NCBI GenBank assembly: GCA_963422205.2
Contig: CAXMWX010000005.1
Location: forward strand, 96,001 to 160,000
DNA length: 64,000 nt
From: Gammaproteobacteria bacterium
GTDB lineage: Bacteria > Pseudomonadota > Gammaproteobacteria > Eutrophobiales > Eutrophobiaceae
Direction of reading: 5' to 3'
Positions within the stretch are counted from its first letter, which is position 1, and each line of letters opens with the position of its first letter. The notes below the pieces were generated by a model. It searched no databases, was not told the origin of the DNA, and saw only the letters and a list, made by a program, of their open reading frames with translations. Positions 13,156-25,504 of this stretch are shown here, piece after piece. The translations under genes were made by a program, and so were the position numbers.

Positions 13156-14171
13156 TAAAATTTCTCTTTTAGCTTATCTGCGATCAACTGCGTAAATGCT
13201 TCTGTCCCCATGCGGCCACCAATATCACCGGTGCACCTGCCCTCAGCGATTGAGGATAACATCGCCAGGCGTAACTCATGGCCAAGATCATAGCGTTCAA
13301 TATGATCCAGCAGCATACCAAAGGCCAGCAGTATCGCAGTCGGGTTGCACTTATCCTGCCCGGCAATATCCGGTGCAGTCCCGCCGGAGGGATCAAACAT
13401 GGCAATGTCAACCTCATCATCATCGGTAAAGCTGAAGTTACCACTGGCACCCGTGCCGATGCTGCCAATCAGCCCGCTGGCCATGTCAGAGAGAAAATCA
13501 CCGTACTCATTTAACACCAGCACCACCTGATAATCTTCCGGCTTTAAGATGATCTTGGCCAGCAGGGCATCGAATAATTCCACATGATGGGGGATGTCCT
13601 GATAGTCCTGATGCACCTCTTCCACAATGGACTGGAACAGGCCATCGGTGGCACGCTGAATGGTGTGCTTGGAGGATGAGGTCATGCTTAGCTGTTTTTT
13701 TCTGGCGAAGTCAAATGCGAACCGGGCAGCCTGGCGCACCGGGTCTCTTTCCACCAACCTGATGGAGATGGCGGCATCCTTGCCGATCATCCTGCCGGGA
13801 TCATCATAGGTGCCGCCGGTGGCAACACGCACGATATACAAAAAAACCTCTTCCTTAAAATTTGATTTAATCCCCTTGATGGAGATGACCGGCCGCAGTA
13901 TCACGCTGAAATTACACATCCGGCGGATAATGGCATTGGGGCTTGAGGTATGGGTTACGGTCGGGTATTTTAATGCCAGCCGGGTTTGCTTCATAGACGC
14001 CACGACCTCATCAAACAGATCTCGATTGCCTGACTCGCGACTTTTCAGAGAAAGATCAAACGGGATAAAATGCACATCCAGCGGCAAGACATCAGCAACC
14101 GCATAGACCGATTGTCTTAACTCATCCCCAATCCCATCACCCAATAGTTCGGTAATATTGATACGGCTCAT
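13155..14171 (-). CDS. Isocitrate/isopropylmalate dehydrogenase family protein, substrate uncertain
   Basis: [27 protein letters not shown]. Confidence 0.85.
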   Translation of the reverse strand: MSRINITELLGDGIGDELRQSVYAVADVLPLDVHFIPFDLSLKSRESGNRDLFDEVVASMKQTRLALKYPTVTHTSSPNAIIRRMCNFSVILRPVISIKGIKSNFKEEVFLYIVRVATGGTYDDPGRMIGKDAAISIRLVERDPVRQAARFAFDFARKKQLSMTSSSKHTIQRATDGLFQSIVEEVHQDYQDIPHHVELFDALLAKIILKPEDYQVVLVLNEYGDFLSDMASGLIGSIGTGASGNFSFTDDDEVDIAMFDPSGGTAPDIAGQDKCNPTAILLAFGMLLDHIERYDLGHELRLAMLSSIAEGRCTGDIGGRMGTEAFTQLIADKLKEKF

Positions 14172-14173
14172 GG

Positions 14174-15049
14174 TTATCTCTCCTTCCTGTTTGCTACAGG
14201 GTCTATGGCAGGCGTTGCGGTGATATATCGCTCATAAATGTCTACCATCTGCTGCCAGCATTTACCTGGCTTGCCGGTACCCACCGGCTGATCATCCAGC
14301 GTAATGACCGGTGCGATGCCGACAGTTGAGCTCGTGATCCACACCTCATCAGCCGTGCGTAACTCCGCCTCGCTGACATCCGCCTGCTGGCATGGAAACG
14401 GCGATTGCCCTGCCAGCTCAACCACCAGATCACGGGTAATGCCAGGCAACAACTCGCTGCTTTTCACAGGTGTTTTAATGCGCTCATGCTTGACAATAAA
14501 CACATTACTCGCCGCGCCCTCGGTCAGCCGACCATCTTTCAGTAATATCGCTTCAAACGCCCCCGCCTGATTGGCCTTCTGTCTCAGCAACACATTGGGC
14601 AGCAAGGTGATCGCCTTGATATCACAGTAATGCCAGCGTATATCCTCATGCGTAATCGCCCCTATCCCCTGCTGAAACCGCCTGTCACTGACCGCTTTAC
14701 ACATGGCAAATACCGTGGGTACGGGTTGTTCAGTCACCACATGCTCACGATCACCAACGCCTCGGGTCACCTGTACATAGATCGCCCCGATGGGGCGGGA
14801 TTTATTTCTCTCCAGCAAGTCAGAAAACAAGCCATGCCAGTCCGATGCCTGCATGGAGACCGGCAGGGCGATGGCGTTAAGGCTCTGGTTTAAGCGCTGA
14901 ATATGCGCCGCTTCACGAAACGTATCGCCAGCAAACACCGGGATAACTTCATACACACCATCGCCAAATAAAAACCCGCGATCCATGACGGATATGCTCG
15001 CCCTGGCCAATGGCATGAAATCACCATTTAGGTAAACCACCGACATCAC
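14174..15049 (-). CDS. dat: D-amino-acid aminotransferase (class IV PLP)
   Basis: DRGFLFGDGVYEV, RW..CDIK, TEGAASN, LPGITR; follows dacA. Confidence 0.9.
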   Translation of the reverse strand: MMSVVYLNGDFMPLARASISVMDRGFLFGDGVYEVIPVFAGDTFREAAHIQRLNQSLNAIALPVSMQASDWHGLFSDLLERNKSRPIGAIYVQVTRGVGDREHVVTEQPVPTVFAMCKAVSDRRFQQGIGAITHEDIRWHYCDIKAITLLPNVLLRQKANQAGAFEAILLKDGRLTEGAASNVFIVKHERIKTPVKSSELLPGITRDLVVELAGQSPFPCQQADVSEAELRTADEVWITSSTVGIAPVITLDDQPVGTGKPGKCWQQMVDIYERYITATPAIDPVANRKER

Positions 15050-15052
15050 GGA

Positions 15053-16210
15053 TCACTCAAACCAGAGCGTAACTGTATCCAGCATACGTGTCAGCAAACC
15101 ACCTTCGGCGACCGATTCCAGCGCAACCAGGCCTCTGGAGGCGATCTGCTCGCCTGCCAGTACCACCTTGAAATCACCATACGGCTGATCCTGGGAAACG
15201 GGGGCGATGATGTTCTCCGGCAGGGCGGCTGTTGTTTGCAGGTCTTTGTATTCGCCTTTGGGCAGGGTGATGATTAAATCCTGCCGCAAACCCAGATTGA
15301 CCGACTCCCTCTCCCCTTTCCATAGCCTGCCCGTGGTGATCACATCACCGGCACGGAACAAGGGGCGGGTTTCATAAAACCGGAAGACATAGTTGAGCAG
15401 GGCTTGCGATGCCCGGGTTCTGGCATGATTACCCTCTGTCCCCATGATGACAGAAATCAAACGCATCTCACCCCGCCTGGCCGAGGCCACCAGACAATAA
15501 CCCGCCGCCTCAGTATGACCGGTCTTGATACCATCAACGCTGTCATCTTTCCATAACAGGCTGTTGCGATTATTCTGTTTGATATTGTTAAAGGTAAATT
15601 CTTTCACGGCATGCAGGGCATAAATATCGGGAAAGTCACTGAACAGGGCAGCCGCCAGCGTGGCCATGTCGGCGGCCGTGGTATAATGCTGCGGGTCGGG
15701 CAGGCCCGTGCTGTTGACAAAATGTGTCCCGGTCATGCCCAGCCTGGCGGCGTGTTGATTCATCATGACGGCAAACACCCCCTCATCGCCTGACACATGC
15801 TCGGCCAATGCCACACTGGCATCATTACCGGACTGAATGATCACCCCTTTCAGCAGATCGGAAACGGCCACTTTTTTGCCGACCTCAATAAACATGCGTG
15901 ACCCTTCCATGCGCCAGGCCCTCTCGCTCACGCTCACCTTGTCATCTAAGGTAATGTGGCCTTCGGCCAGCTCACTGGCCACCACATACACGGTCATGAT
16001 CTTGGTTAAGCTGGCCGGTTCAACCCGTTGCTGAGAATTGTGTGCAATGATGTTTTGCCCGCTGTGGTAATCAGCCACCAGATAGGAGGTCGCATTGATA
16101 ACCGGCGGTGCCGGTATCATCGTGGCACTGCTGGCCAGCATGGCGTAAGACAGCCACACCAGCACGATGGCGGTGATTATTTTCCTGTTCATTGGTCGTT
16201 TAGATGGCAT
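15053..16210 (-). CDS. dacA: D-alanyl-D-alanine carboxypeptidase (PBP5/6)
   Basis: PASLTKIM (SxxK), SGNDA, KTGHT. Confidence 0.93.
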   Translation of the reverse strand: MPSKRPMNRKIITAIVLVWLSYAMLASSATMIPAPPVINATSYLVADYHSGQNIIAHNSQQRVEPASLTKIMTVYVVASELAEGHITLDDKVSVSERAWRMEGSRMFIEVGKKVAVSDLLKGVIIQSGNDASVALAEHVSGDEGVFAVMMNQHAARLGMTGTHFVNSTGLPDPQHYTTAADMATLAAALFSDFPDIYALHAVKEFTFNNIKQNNRNSLLWKDDSVDGIKTGHTEAAGYCLVASARRGEMRLISVIMGTEGNHARTRASQALLNYVFRFYETRPLFRAGDVITTGRLWKGERESVNLGLRQDLIITLPKGEYKDLQTTAALPENIIAPVSQDQPYGDFKVVLAGEQIASRGLVALESVAEGGLLTRMLDTVTLWFE

Positions 16211-16211
16211 C

Positions 16212-17036
16212 TTAATTTACGGTAATATGGTGTTCCCAGATGCCATAGTCGGCCAGTGATTTAACGATACCATCGGCTGCCTCAACATTCAGCAGCGGGC
16301 CAATCTGCACCCGGTAGAGCTGTTTGCCGTCCACCACAGCCCTGCTGATGCGAATATCAGGTACTAATGTATTGAGTCTGCGCTTTAATTGCTCGGCATT
16401 CTGGCGATTGGAAAAAGCCCCTACCTGGAGATAAAAACCCGCCTGGCTTTGCCCGTATTTCCCGCCTGAGTAAACCGGCGCACCGCCTTTTTTATAGCTG
16501 TTGGGATCAATCGCCCGCACCTCTACCAGTGCCGTGCCCTGGCTTAACATGCCCAGCTTGTCCGCCGCCGTGTACGACAAATCAATAACACGATTATTAT
16601 GAAACGGCCCTCTGTCATTGACCCGCACCACGATCTTTCTGCCGTTATCTAGATTGGTGACTTCCACATAGGTAGGTAACGGCAGGTGTTTATGGGCGGC
16701 GGTCATCGCATACATATCGTAAGTCTCACAGCTTGACGTCTTCCTGCCGTGGAACTTTTTCCCATACCAGGAAGCAATCCCCTTCTCAACAAAACCCTGG
16801 CCACTGCTCAACACCTTATACCGCTTGCCAAACACCTCATAGGATTGCGGATTGCCACACTTGCTTTTCGGCTCTGCTCGGGGCACGGCATCTGGCACCG
16901 AGGAGACATCCACCGAACCGGGTCTTGGCCCTGAATCACGTTCAGCTTTTTCAGATAACATGCTGCATGCTGCGAGCAGTAACAGGCCAAGTACAGCACA
17001 ACCATTTTTTAACCGATGTGCATAGGGCATTATCAT
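16212..17036 (-). CDS. rlpA: Septal ring lytic transglycosylase RlpA lipoprotein
   Basis: Lipobox LAAC, GIASWYG, VRVNDRGPF, C-terminal SPOR domain. Confidence 0.94.
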   Translation of the reverse strand: MIMPYAHRLKNGCAVLGLLLLAACSMLSEKAERDSGPRPGSVDVSSVPDAVPRAEPKSKCGNPQSYEVFGKRYKVLSSGQGFVEKGIASWYGKKFHGRKTSSCETYDMYAMTAAHKHLPLPTYVEVTNLDNGRKIVVRVNDRGPFHNNRVIDLSYTAADKLGMLSQGTALVEVRAIDPNSYKKGGAPVYSGGKYGQSQAGFYLQVGAFSNRQNAEQLKRRLNTLVPDIRISRAVVDGKQLYRVQIGPLLNVEAADGIVKSLADYGIWEHHITVN

Positions 17037-18031
17037 TGCCCCGGCTGGTTGGCATCATGATTGAGATAGTGCTGTTTGATCTGCCCGGCTAATTGATACA
17101 CGGCCATGGCATACAGCGCACTGTGATTATAACGGGTAATGACATAGAAATTTTTCAGTGCCAGCCAGTATTCAAAATCGTCTTTGTTCTCAAATCGCAA
17201 TAACTTCACGCTCACCGCTTCAGAGATAACCGCCTGCGGTTTTATGCCGTTGTTGACCAGCCTGGCCAGCCGACTATCCGGTTCAAGCCCCCGGGTGATG
17301 AACGGCTGCACGTTGGTATCCCCAACATCAGCCCGGATGATCACCGGCTCACCCGGCTGCCAGCCATGTCGGGCAAAGTAATTGCCGACACTGCCTATAG
17401 CATCGGCCGGGTTATCCCAGATGTTGATCTTGCCATCATCATCAAAATCGACGGCATAGGCACGATAACTGCTGGAGATAAACTGCGGGATCCCCATCGC
17501 CCCGGCATAAGAGCCTTTCAGTGCATGCGGATCGATGCCTTGTTCCTGCGTGAGCAAGAGATAATGCTCCAGCTCACGGGTAAAAAACGGGCTGCGCTTG
17601 GGATAATTAAATGCCAGCGTCGACAGCGAATCGATGACTTTATACGTCCCTTTATTTTTGCCGTAACGGGTCTCCACGCCGATGATGGCGACCATGATCT
17701 CAATCGGCACCCCGTAGGTCTCATGCGCCCGTTGCAGGACGGCACGATGGCTATGCCAGAAGCCGGCACCTTGCCGGATGCGATCTGGCGTGAGAAAAAT
17801 GGCCTTGTATTTATACCAGGGCAGGCCCTCGGCGGGCTTTGAGATGGCGGCGATAATCCGCTCAGAGAGCATCACCTTAGCGAAGATCTGTCTTAACGCC
17901 TGCCTGTCATAATCATGCTTTGCCGCCATGGTATGGATAAAATCATTCACCGCCGGTCTCTCCAGCATATTGGCAAACACAGGGAAAGCAGACATGAAGA
18001 TCAACAGCAGGGTAATCAGTCGTATTCTCAT
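17033..18031 (-). CDS. mltB: Lytic murein transglycosylase B
   Basis: IIGVETRYG, GSYAGAMG.PQF, ITRYNHS. Confidence 0.95.
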   Translation of the reverse strand: MRIRLITLLLIFMSAFPVFANMLERPAVNDFIHTMAAKHDYDRQALRQIFAKVMLSERIIAAISKPAEGLPWYKYKAIFLTPDRIRQGAGFWHSHRAVLQRAHETYGVPIEIMVAIIGVETRYGKNKGTYKVIDSLSTLAFNYPKRSPFFTRELEHYLLLTQEQGIDPHALKGSYAGAMGIPQFISSSYRAYAVDFDDDGKINIWDNPADAIGSVGNYFARHGWQPGEPVIIRADVGDTNVQPFITRGLEPDSRLARLVNNGIKPQAVISEAVSVKLLRFENKDDFEYWLALKNFYVITRYNHSALYAMAVYQLAGQIKQHYLNHDANQPGQ

Positions 18032-18035
18032 CGTA

Positions 18036-19127
18036 TTAATCTGATAACAGTCTCCGGTGTGTTTTGATCGCCATCAGCATACCAAAACCGATCATGATCG
18101 TGATCAGGGAAGTCCCCCCGTGGCTAATCAACGGCAAGGGTACGCCAACGACTGGCAGCTGGCCGGACACCATGCCCATATTGACAAAGATATACACAAA
18201 AAAAACCAGCACCAAGCCAGCACCCAGCAGCTTGCCATAGCTTTGCTGGGAGATGAAGGCAATATATAAACCCCGGCCGATGATAAAGCCATACAACCCT
18301 ATCAACACAGCCACACCCAGCAAACCAAACTCCTCACAAAATACGGCAAAAATAAAATCTGTCGAGCGCTCTGGCAGAAATTCCAGATGGGATTGCGTGC
18401 CATTTAGCCAGCCCTTGCCATACAGCCCGCCGGAGCCGATGGCAATGGCCGACTGAATAATATGATAACCGGCACCCAGCGGGTCCTGCTCTGGATTGAG
18501 AAACGCCAGCACCCGCTGCCTCTGATAATCATGCATCACATACCACAGCACGGGCGTTGACAGGGATACCAGACCAGCAAAAGCCAGCAATAACCGCCAG
18601 CGAATGCCGGCAATAAATAATAAAGACATGCCCGCCGCTGCCAGCAGCACCGCCGTGCCCAGATCAGGCTGCCTGGCGATCAACACCACTGGCACAGCGA
18701 TCATGACGATGGCAACCAGGACATGCGGCAAGGCAGGCGGCAGCTGCCGGCCAGCCAGATACCAGGCGAGCATCATGGGCAATGCCAGCTTCATCAACTC
18801 TGAGGGTTGAAATGTGATGAGCTTGATATCCAGCCAGCGCTGGGCGCCTTTGCCCACATCGCCGTAGAACAAGACAATCACCAGCAGCAGCAGCACAAAC
18901 AGATAAGCCCATAAAGATAAACGGGCCAGTTGTGCCGGCGAGAACTGTGCCACAATAAACATGACAACCAGCCCGGTACCCAGGCGGGTGAACTGCGTCA
19001 TGACCGCGCTTGTATCCTGGCCGGAGGCGCTGTACAAAATGAGTGTACCGATGATGCTCAAGGCCAAAATGCCGCCCAGTAACGGCAGGTCAACATGCAG
19101 TCGGTCAATCCGTGTCTCCCCCCTCAT
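18036..19127 (-). CDS. rodA: Rod shape-determining protein RodA
   Basis: GAQRW, QPSELMK, QPDLGT, TDFIFA; SEDS family after mrdA. Confidence 0.96.
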   Translation of the reverse strand: MRGETRIDRLHVDLPLLGGILALSIIGTLILYSASGQDTSAVMTQFTRLGTGLVVMFIVAQFSPAQLARLSLWAYLFVLLLLVIVLFYGDVGKGAQRWLDIKLITFQPSELMKLALPMMLAWYLAGRQLPPALPHVLVAIVMIAVPVVLIARQPDLGTAVLLAAAGMSLLFIAGIRWRLLLAFAGLVSLSTPVLWYVMHDYQRQRVLAFLNPEQDPLGAGYHIIQSAIAIGSGGLYGKGWLNGTQSHLEFLPERSTDFIFAVFCEEFGLLGVAVLIGLYGFIIGRGLYIAFISQQSYGKLLGAGLVLVFFVYIFVNMGMVSGQLPVVGVPLPLISHGGTSLITIMIGFGMLMAIKTHRRLLSD

Positions 19128-21007
19128 CCCTGATCGCCCCGGTCATGTTCAGCCACCTCGCCAAGCAGGTAATGATCGAACAGGCGTCTTGCTACCGGTG
19201 CTGCCGTGGATGCCCCGCTGCCGCCGTTTTCGATAATCACAGCCACAGCGATCGTCGGCGCCTTTAAGGGGGCAAAACCGACAAACAAAGCATGATCATG
19301 CAACTCCTCGGGTAACTCATCCGCATCGTACTCCTCATCCTGGCCGATGCTGATCACCTGTGCCGTGCCGGTCTTACCGGCAAACGCATACGGCGCCCCG
19401 CGGCCGCTGCGCCGTGCCGTTCCCGATTCCCCCTGCACAACCTCGTGCATGGCATTGATCACTTCCTGCCAGTAAGCCAGTTCTGTCACCTGGATTTCTG
19501 CGGTGATATGGGCGGCAAAACGATCGATCACCGCCCCATCCAGCGGGTCGGTGACGGCGGCCAGCAGATGAGGCTGGTAGAGTTTGCCCTGGTTGGCCAC
19601 CGCCGCCGTGGCCACCGCTAACTGCAAGGGCGTTACCAGCGCCCAACCCTGGCCGATACCGAATATTAAGGTCTCGCCCGGATACCAGGGCTGCCCCAGG
19701 CGGCGCTGCTTCCAGGCCCTGGACGGCAGCAGGCCCGCTGATTCACTGCCGATATCAAGGCCGGTTGTTCTGCCAAAGCCAAAATCAGCCAACACCTCAT
19801 GCAGGGTATCAACGCCCATGTCGTTGGCCAAGGTGTAGAAATACACATCGCAGGACTCAGCAATCGCCTTGGTCATATCGGTATGGCCGTGGCCGTTTTT
19901 TTTCCAATCGCGATAGCGATGACTGCTGCCTTGCAGGCTGTACCAGCCCCGACACCAGGTCTCCTGCCCGCTTTCTCTGATCGCCAGATCCAGCGCCGCC
20001 AGACCGATAAACGGCTTGATGGTGGAACCCGGCGGGTAGTTGCCCTGCGAGAAGCGATTGAGCAGCGGCGCATCGGCTGATTGCAACAGGGCCCGGTAGG
20101 AGGCGGAGTCGATGCCGTTGACAAACAGGTTAGGATCATAACCGGGCGAGCTGACCGCCGTCAGTATCCCGCCGGTATTCGGATCAAGCGCCACAATCGC
20201 ACCGCGCTTGCCCTGAAGTGCTGTCACCGCCACCTGTTGCAGGCCGGCATTGACCGTCAGGCGAAGATTGTTCCCCGGCACCGGGGCGGTGCGGTCAAGC
20301 ACACGAATAATCCGCCCCTGTGCATTCACTTCCACCTGCTGATACCCCACCTGACCGTGCAGAATATCTTCATAAGCCCTCTCCACGCCGGTCTTGCCGA
20401 TATGTTTTGTGCCGCGGTAATTGGACTTGTCCAGCTGCCCCAGTTCAGTCTCATCAATCATGCCCACGTAGCCGATGCCATGCGCCAGGCTGGCACGGCG
20501 TGGATAATGACGGTTCAGCCGGGCGATGATATCAATGCCGGCCAGCCGATGTTGATTAACCGCAACCCGGGCCACCTCCTCATCATTCAGATTAAAACGC
20601 AGGGGCACCCCCTCAAACCGCCTTTTACGTTTAAGCTGCTCGCGAAAACGCCTGATGTCTGTCTCTTTGATGACGATTAACTCGCTGATCCGGGCCAGCA
20701 TACTGTCCAGGTCCGGCACTTTTTCCGGCACCACTTCCAGAGTAAACGAAGGTCTGTTCTCGGCCAGAAGCACGTTATCCTGGCTGAATATCAGGCCCCG
20801 GATAGGGGGAATGGCCACCAGCTTGACGCGGTTATCCTGAGAGAGCGTGGTGTAGTGTTCATGTTCCAGCACTTGCAGGTAGACGATGCGTAGCAGGACA
20901 ATAAGAAAGAGCAGCGCAACGGCCACGCCCGCAAGGCCGATGCGGCGTTGAATCAGACGACTTTCCCAGTCAAGATTCTTGAGTGCTATTTTCGCTGGCA
21001 TTAACAT
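19124..21007 (-). CDS. mrdA: Penicillin-binding protein 2
   Basis: PPGSTIKP, SCDVYFY, GKTGTAQV. Confidence 0.96.
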   Translation of the reverse strand: MLMPAKIALKNLDWESRLIQRRIGLAGVAVALLFLIVLLRIVYLQVLEHEHYTTLSQDNRVKLVAIPPIRGLIFSQDNVLLAENRPSFTLEVVPEKVPDLDSMLARISELIVIKETDIRRFREQLKRKRRFEGVPLRFNLNDEEVARVAVNQHRLAGIDIIARLNRHYPRRASLAHGIGYVGMIDETELGQLDKSNYRGTKHIGKTGVERAYEDILHGQVGYQQVEVNAQGRIIRVLDRTAPVPGNNLRLTVNAGLQQVAVTALQGKRGAIVALDPNTGGILTAVSSPGYDPNLFVNGIDSASYRALLQSADAPLLNRFSQGNYPPGSTIKPFIGLAALDLAIRESGQETWCRGWYSLQGSSHRYRDWKKNGHGHTDMTKAIAESCDVYFYTLANDMGVDTLHEVLADFGFGRTTGLDIGSESAGLLPSRAWKQRRLGQPWYPGETLIFGIGQGWALVTPLQLAVATAAVANQGKLYQPHLLAAVTDPLDGAVIDRFAAHITAEIQVTELAYWQEVINAMHEVVQGESGTARRSGRGAPYAFAGKTGTAQVISIGQDEEYDADELPEELHDHALFVGFAPLKAPTIAVAVIIENGGSGASTAAPVARRLFDHYLLGEVAEHDRGDQG

Positions 21008-21054
21008 AAAGGCCGCAGCAATGCGAAGGAGTACGCCGGGACAAACACTGTGCG

Positions 21055-21543
21055 CTAAAACACTCTAAACCTGCGCCTCGTATCGCGCAACAGAATAAAT
21101 ACCCACGGCCAAAGCCCCATGCTGGTAATCGCTGGCATCCAGAACGTCCAGTGATCCGGCGCAATGCCCACCATCCCGCGCACCCACAGCGTAAAGAACT
21201 GCAACAGCACTATATAAACGCCGATCAGAACCGCCTGTTTTACCAACGGGAACACCCGGATGCGGCGGTGGCTGACGATGATGACATAAGCCAGCACAGA
21301 GAGCATGCAGGCATGCTGCCCCAGCAGGGCGCCGGTCTGCACATCCAGCAGCAGGCCAAGCAGCCAGCCAACACCGATACCCACCCGCTCTGGCAAGGCC
21401 AGGCACCAGTAAATCAGCACCAGGGCAACCCAGGCCGGGCGCCAGTTGACCGCCCAGTCCGGTAACGGCATGGCGGTCAGCATCAAGGCAATGATGAAGG
21501 TGAGTGCGATCACCCAGCCGGCATGATGCGTATCCTGCAACAT
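21055..21543 (-). CDS. mreD: Rod shape-determining protein MreD
   Basis: RPAWVALVLIYW, GLLLD..G.LLG, LWPW; operon position. Confidence 0.95.
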   Translation of the reverse strand: MLQDTHHAGWVIALTFIIALMLTAMPLPDWAVNWRPAWVALVLIYWCLALPERVGIGVGWLLGLLLDVQTGALLGQHACMLSVLAYVIIVSHRRIRVFPLVKQAVLIGVYIVLLQFFTLWVRGMVGIAPDHWTFWMPAITSMGLWPWVFILLRDTRRRFRVF

Positions 21544-22400
21544 TACCGCATCACCACATCCGCATCGCTGTTTTCCTTTTGCTCATCCGGCCACAGCAAC
21601 AACACCTCGGTGCTCTGGCCGGGTCGTGCGCTCGGCATGACAGTGACATTGGAAAAAGGCTCGCCCGGTATGCGCGAAATTCGACTCACTTTACCCACCG
21701 GATAACCATGCGGGAAGCGCCGCCCAAGACCGGAAGAGACGATTAGATCGCCCTCGGCGATATCCGCATTTATCGGCAGATGTTCCAGCAGCAGCACATT
21801 ATCCTGTCCGGTGCCCACAGCAATCGCTCTGAGGCCATTTCTGTTGACCTGCACAGGCAGGGCATGGGTTGGATCCGTGATCAGCAATACCGTGCTGGAG
21901 AACGGCGCCACGTGGATAATCTGCCCCATGATGCCGCCGGAATCGACGATCGGCTGGCCTGCATACGCCGCATCCTGACTGCCCTTATTGATCACGATTT
22001 GCTGTCGGAAGGGCTGTAATTCCACTTCCACCAGTTCGGCGATCAACACCCGCTCACGCAACTTGACCGGTGATTCCAGCAAGGTACGCAGGCGCTTGTT
22101 CTCCGCTTCCAGGATAGCGAAGCGTTGCAGCCTGACATTTAACAGCAACTGCCGCTGACGCAGATCAGCGTTCTCTTGCAGCAGGTGCTTGCGGGTCACC
22201 AGAGACTCTGACAGGTCACGGCTTAATTGCACCGGCAGGCTGACAACATACTGCAAGGGATAAACCAGCGTGGCAACAAAACCGCGTACCCTTTCCAGAT
22301 GACTGTACCTGTGATCGGCAATCATCAGACCGATCGAGATGAGCAAAAACAACAACAGCTTGACGTTGCTGGCAGGGCCTTTTAAGAATAATGTGCTGAT
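21543..22400 (-). CDS. mreC: Rod shape-determining protein MreC
   Basis: ENKRLRTLL, IVINKG, SSGLG..FP.GYPVG; frame open to an ATC at 22400 with AGGAG 6 nt upstream (ORF track start 22355). Confidence 0.93.
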   Translation of the reverse strand: MSTLFLKGPASNVKLLLFLLISIGLMIADHRYSHLERVRGFVATLVYPLQYVVSLPVQLSRDLSESLVTRKHLLQENADLRQRQLLLNVRLQRFAILEAENKRLRTLLESPVKLRERVLIAELVEVELQPFRQQIVINKGSQDAAYAGQPIVDSGGIMGQIIHVAPFSSTVLLITDPTHALPVQVNRNGLRAIAVGTGQDNVLLLEHLPINADIAEGDLIVSSGLGRRFPHGYPVGKVSRISRIPGEPFSNVTVMPSARPGQSTEVLLLWPDEQKENSDADVVMR

Positions 22401-22418
22401 GGCTGGCTCCTGTACCGG

Positions 22419-23474
<1,056 letters not shown>

Positions 23475-23735
23475 TTAACCTCGGACAGGAACGAGCAAAC
23501 CACGTATCGCAAGTCGGTATCACTTTGGCTGTTTTATATGCCAGGGTAGATGTATGGTACGATTTCCGACAGGCATCTCCGGCACGGTCAGAGCGTGCCA
23601 TGATCTCACCTGCCCGGTGATACGATGCAGCGCATGGTCACTAAAAAGACAGCACTTTATCAGTGCCAACCGGTTTGGGCAAGCTGTCAGATATGATAAA
23701 TTGTTGGCAATTCAATGATAAATAAGGGCCTGTTG

Positions 23736-24023
23736 ATGTCGGTAGACAAGAATGAGATAACCCATATCGCCAAGCTGGCAAAATTGCATCTGACTGCCGA
23801 TTCCCGCCAGCGCTATGGCGCCGATCTGCGCCGGATCCTGGTGCTGGTAGAGCAGATGAATGCCGTGCAGACCGATGGCGTTCAGCCGCTGGCGCACCCG
23901 CTGGATATCAGCGCCCGCCTGCGCCCTGATGTGGTAGCCGAGAAAGACCAGCGTGACCGCTTCCAGCAGGGCGCCCCCCTGGTGAGGGACGGCTATTATC
24001 TCGTGCCTAAAGTCATTGACTAG
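23736..24023 (+). CDS. gatC: Asp/Glu-tRNA amidotransferase subunit C
   Basis: IAKLAKL, V.PLAHP, LRPD, YLVPKVI. Confidence 0.95.
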   Translation: MSVDKNEITHIAKLAKLHLTADSRQRYGADLRRILVLVEQMNAVQTDGVQPLAHPLDISARLRPDVVAEKDQRDRFQQGAPLVRDGYYLVPKVID

Positions 24024-24046
24024 CATGATGAGGGGCTAACGCTGGC

Positions 24047-25503
<1,457 letters not shown>

Positions 25504-25504
<1 letters not shown>

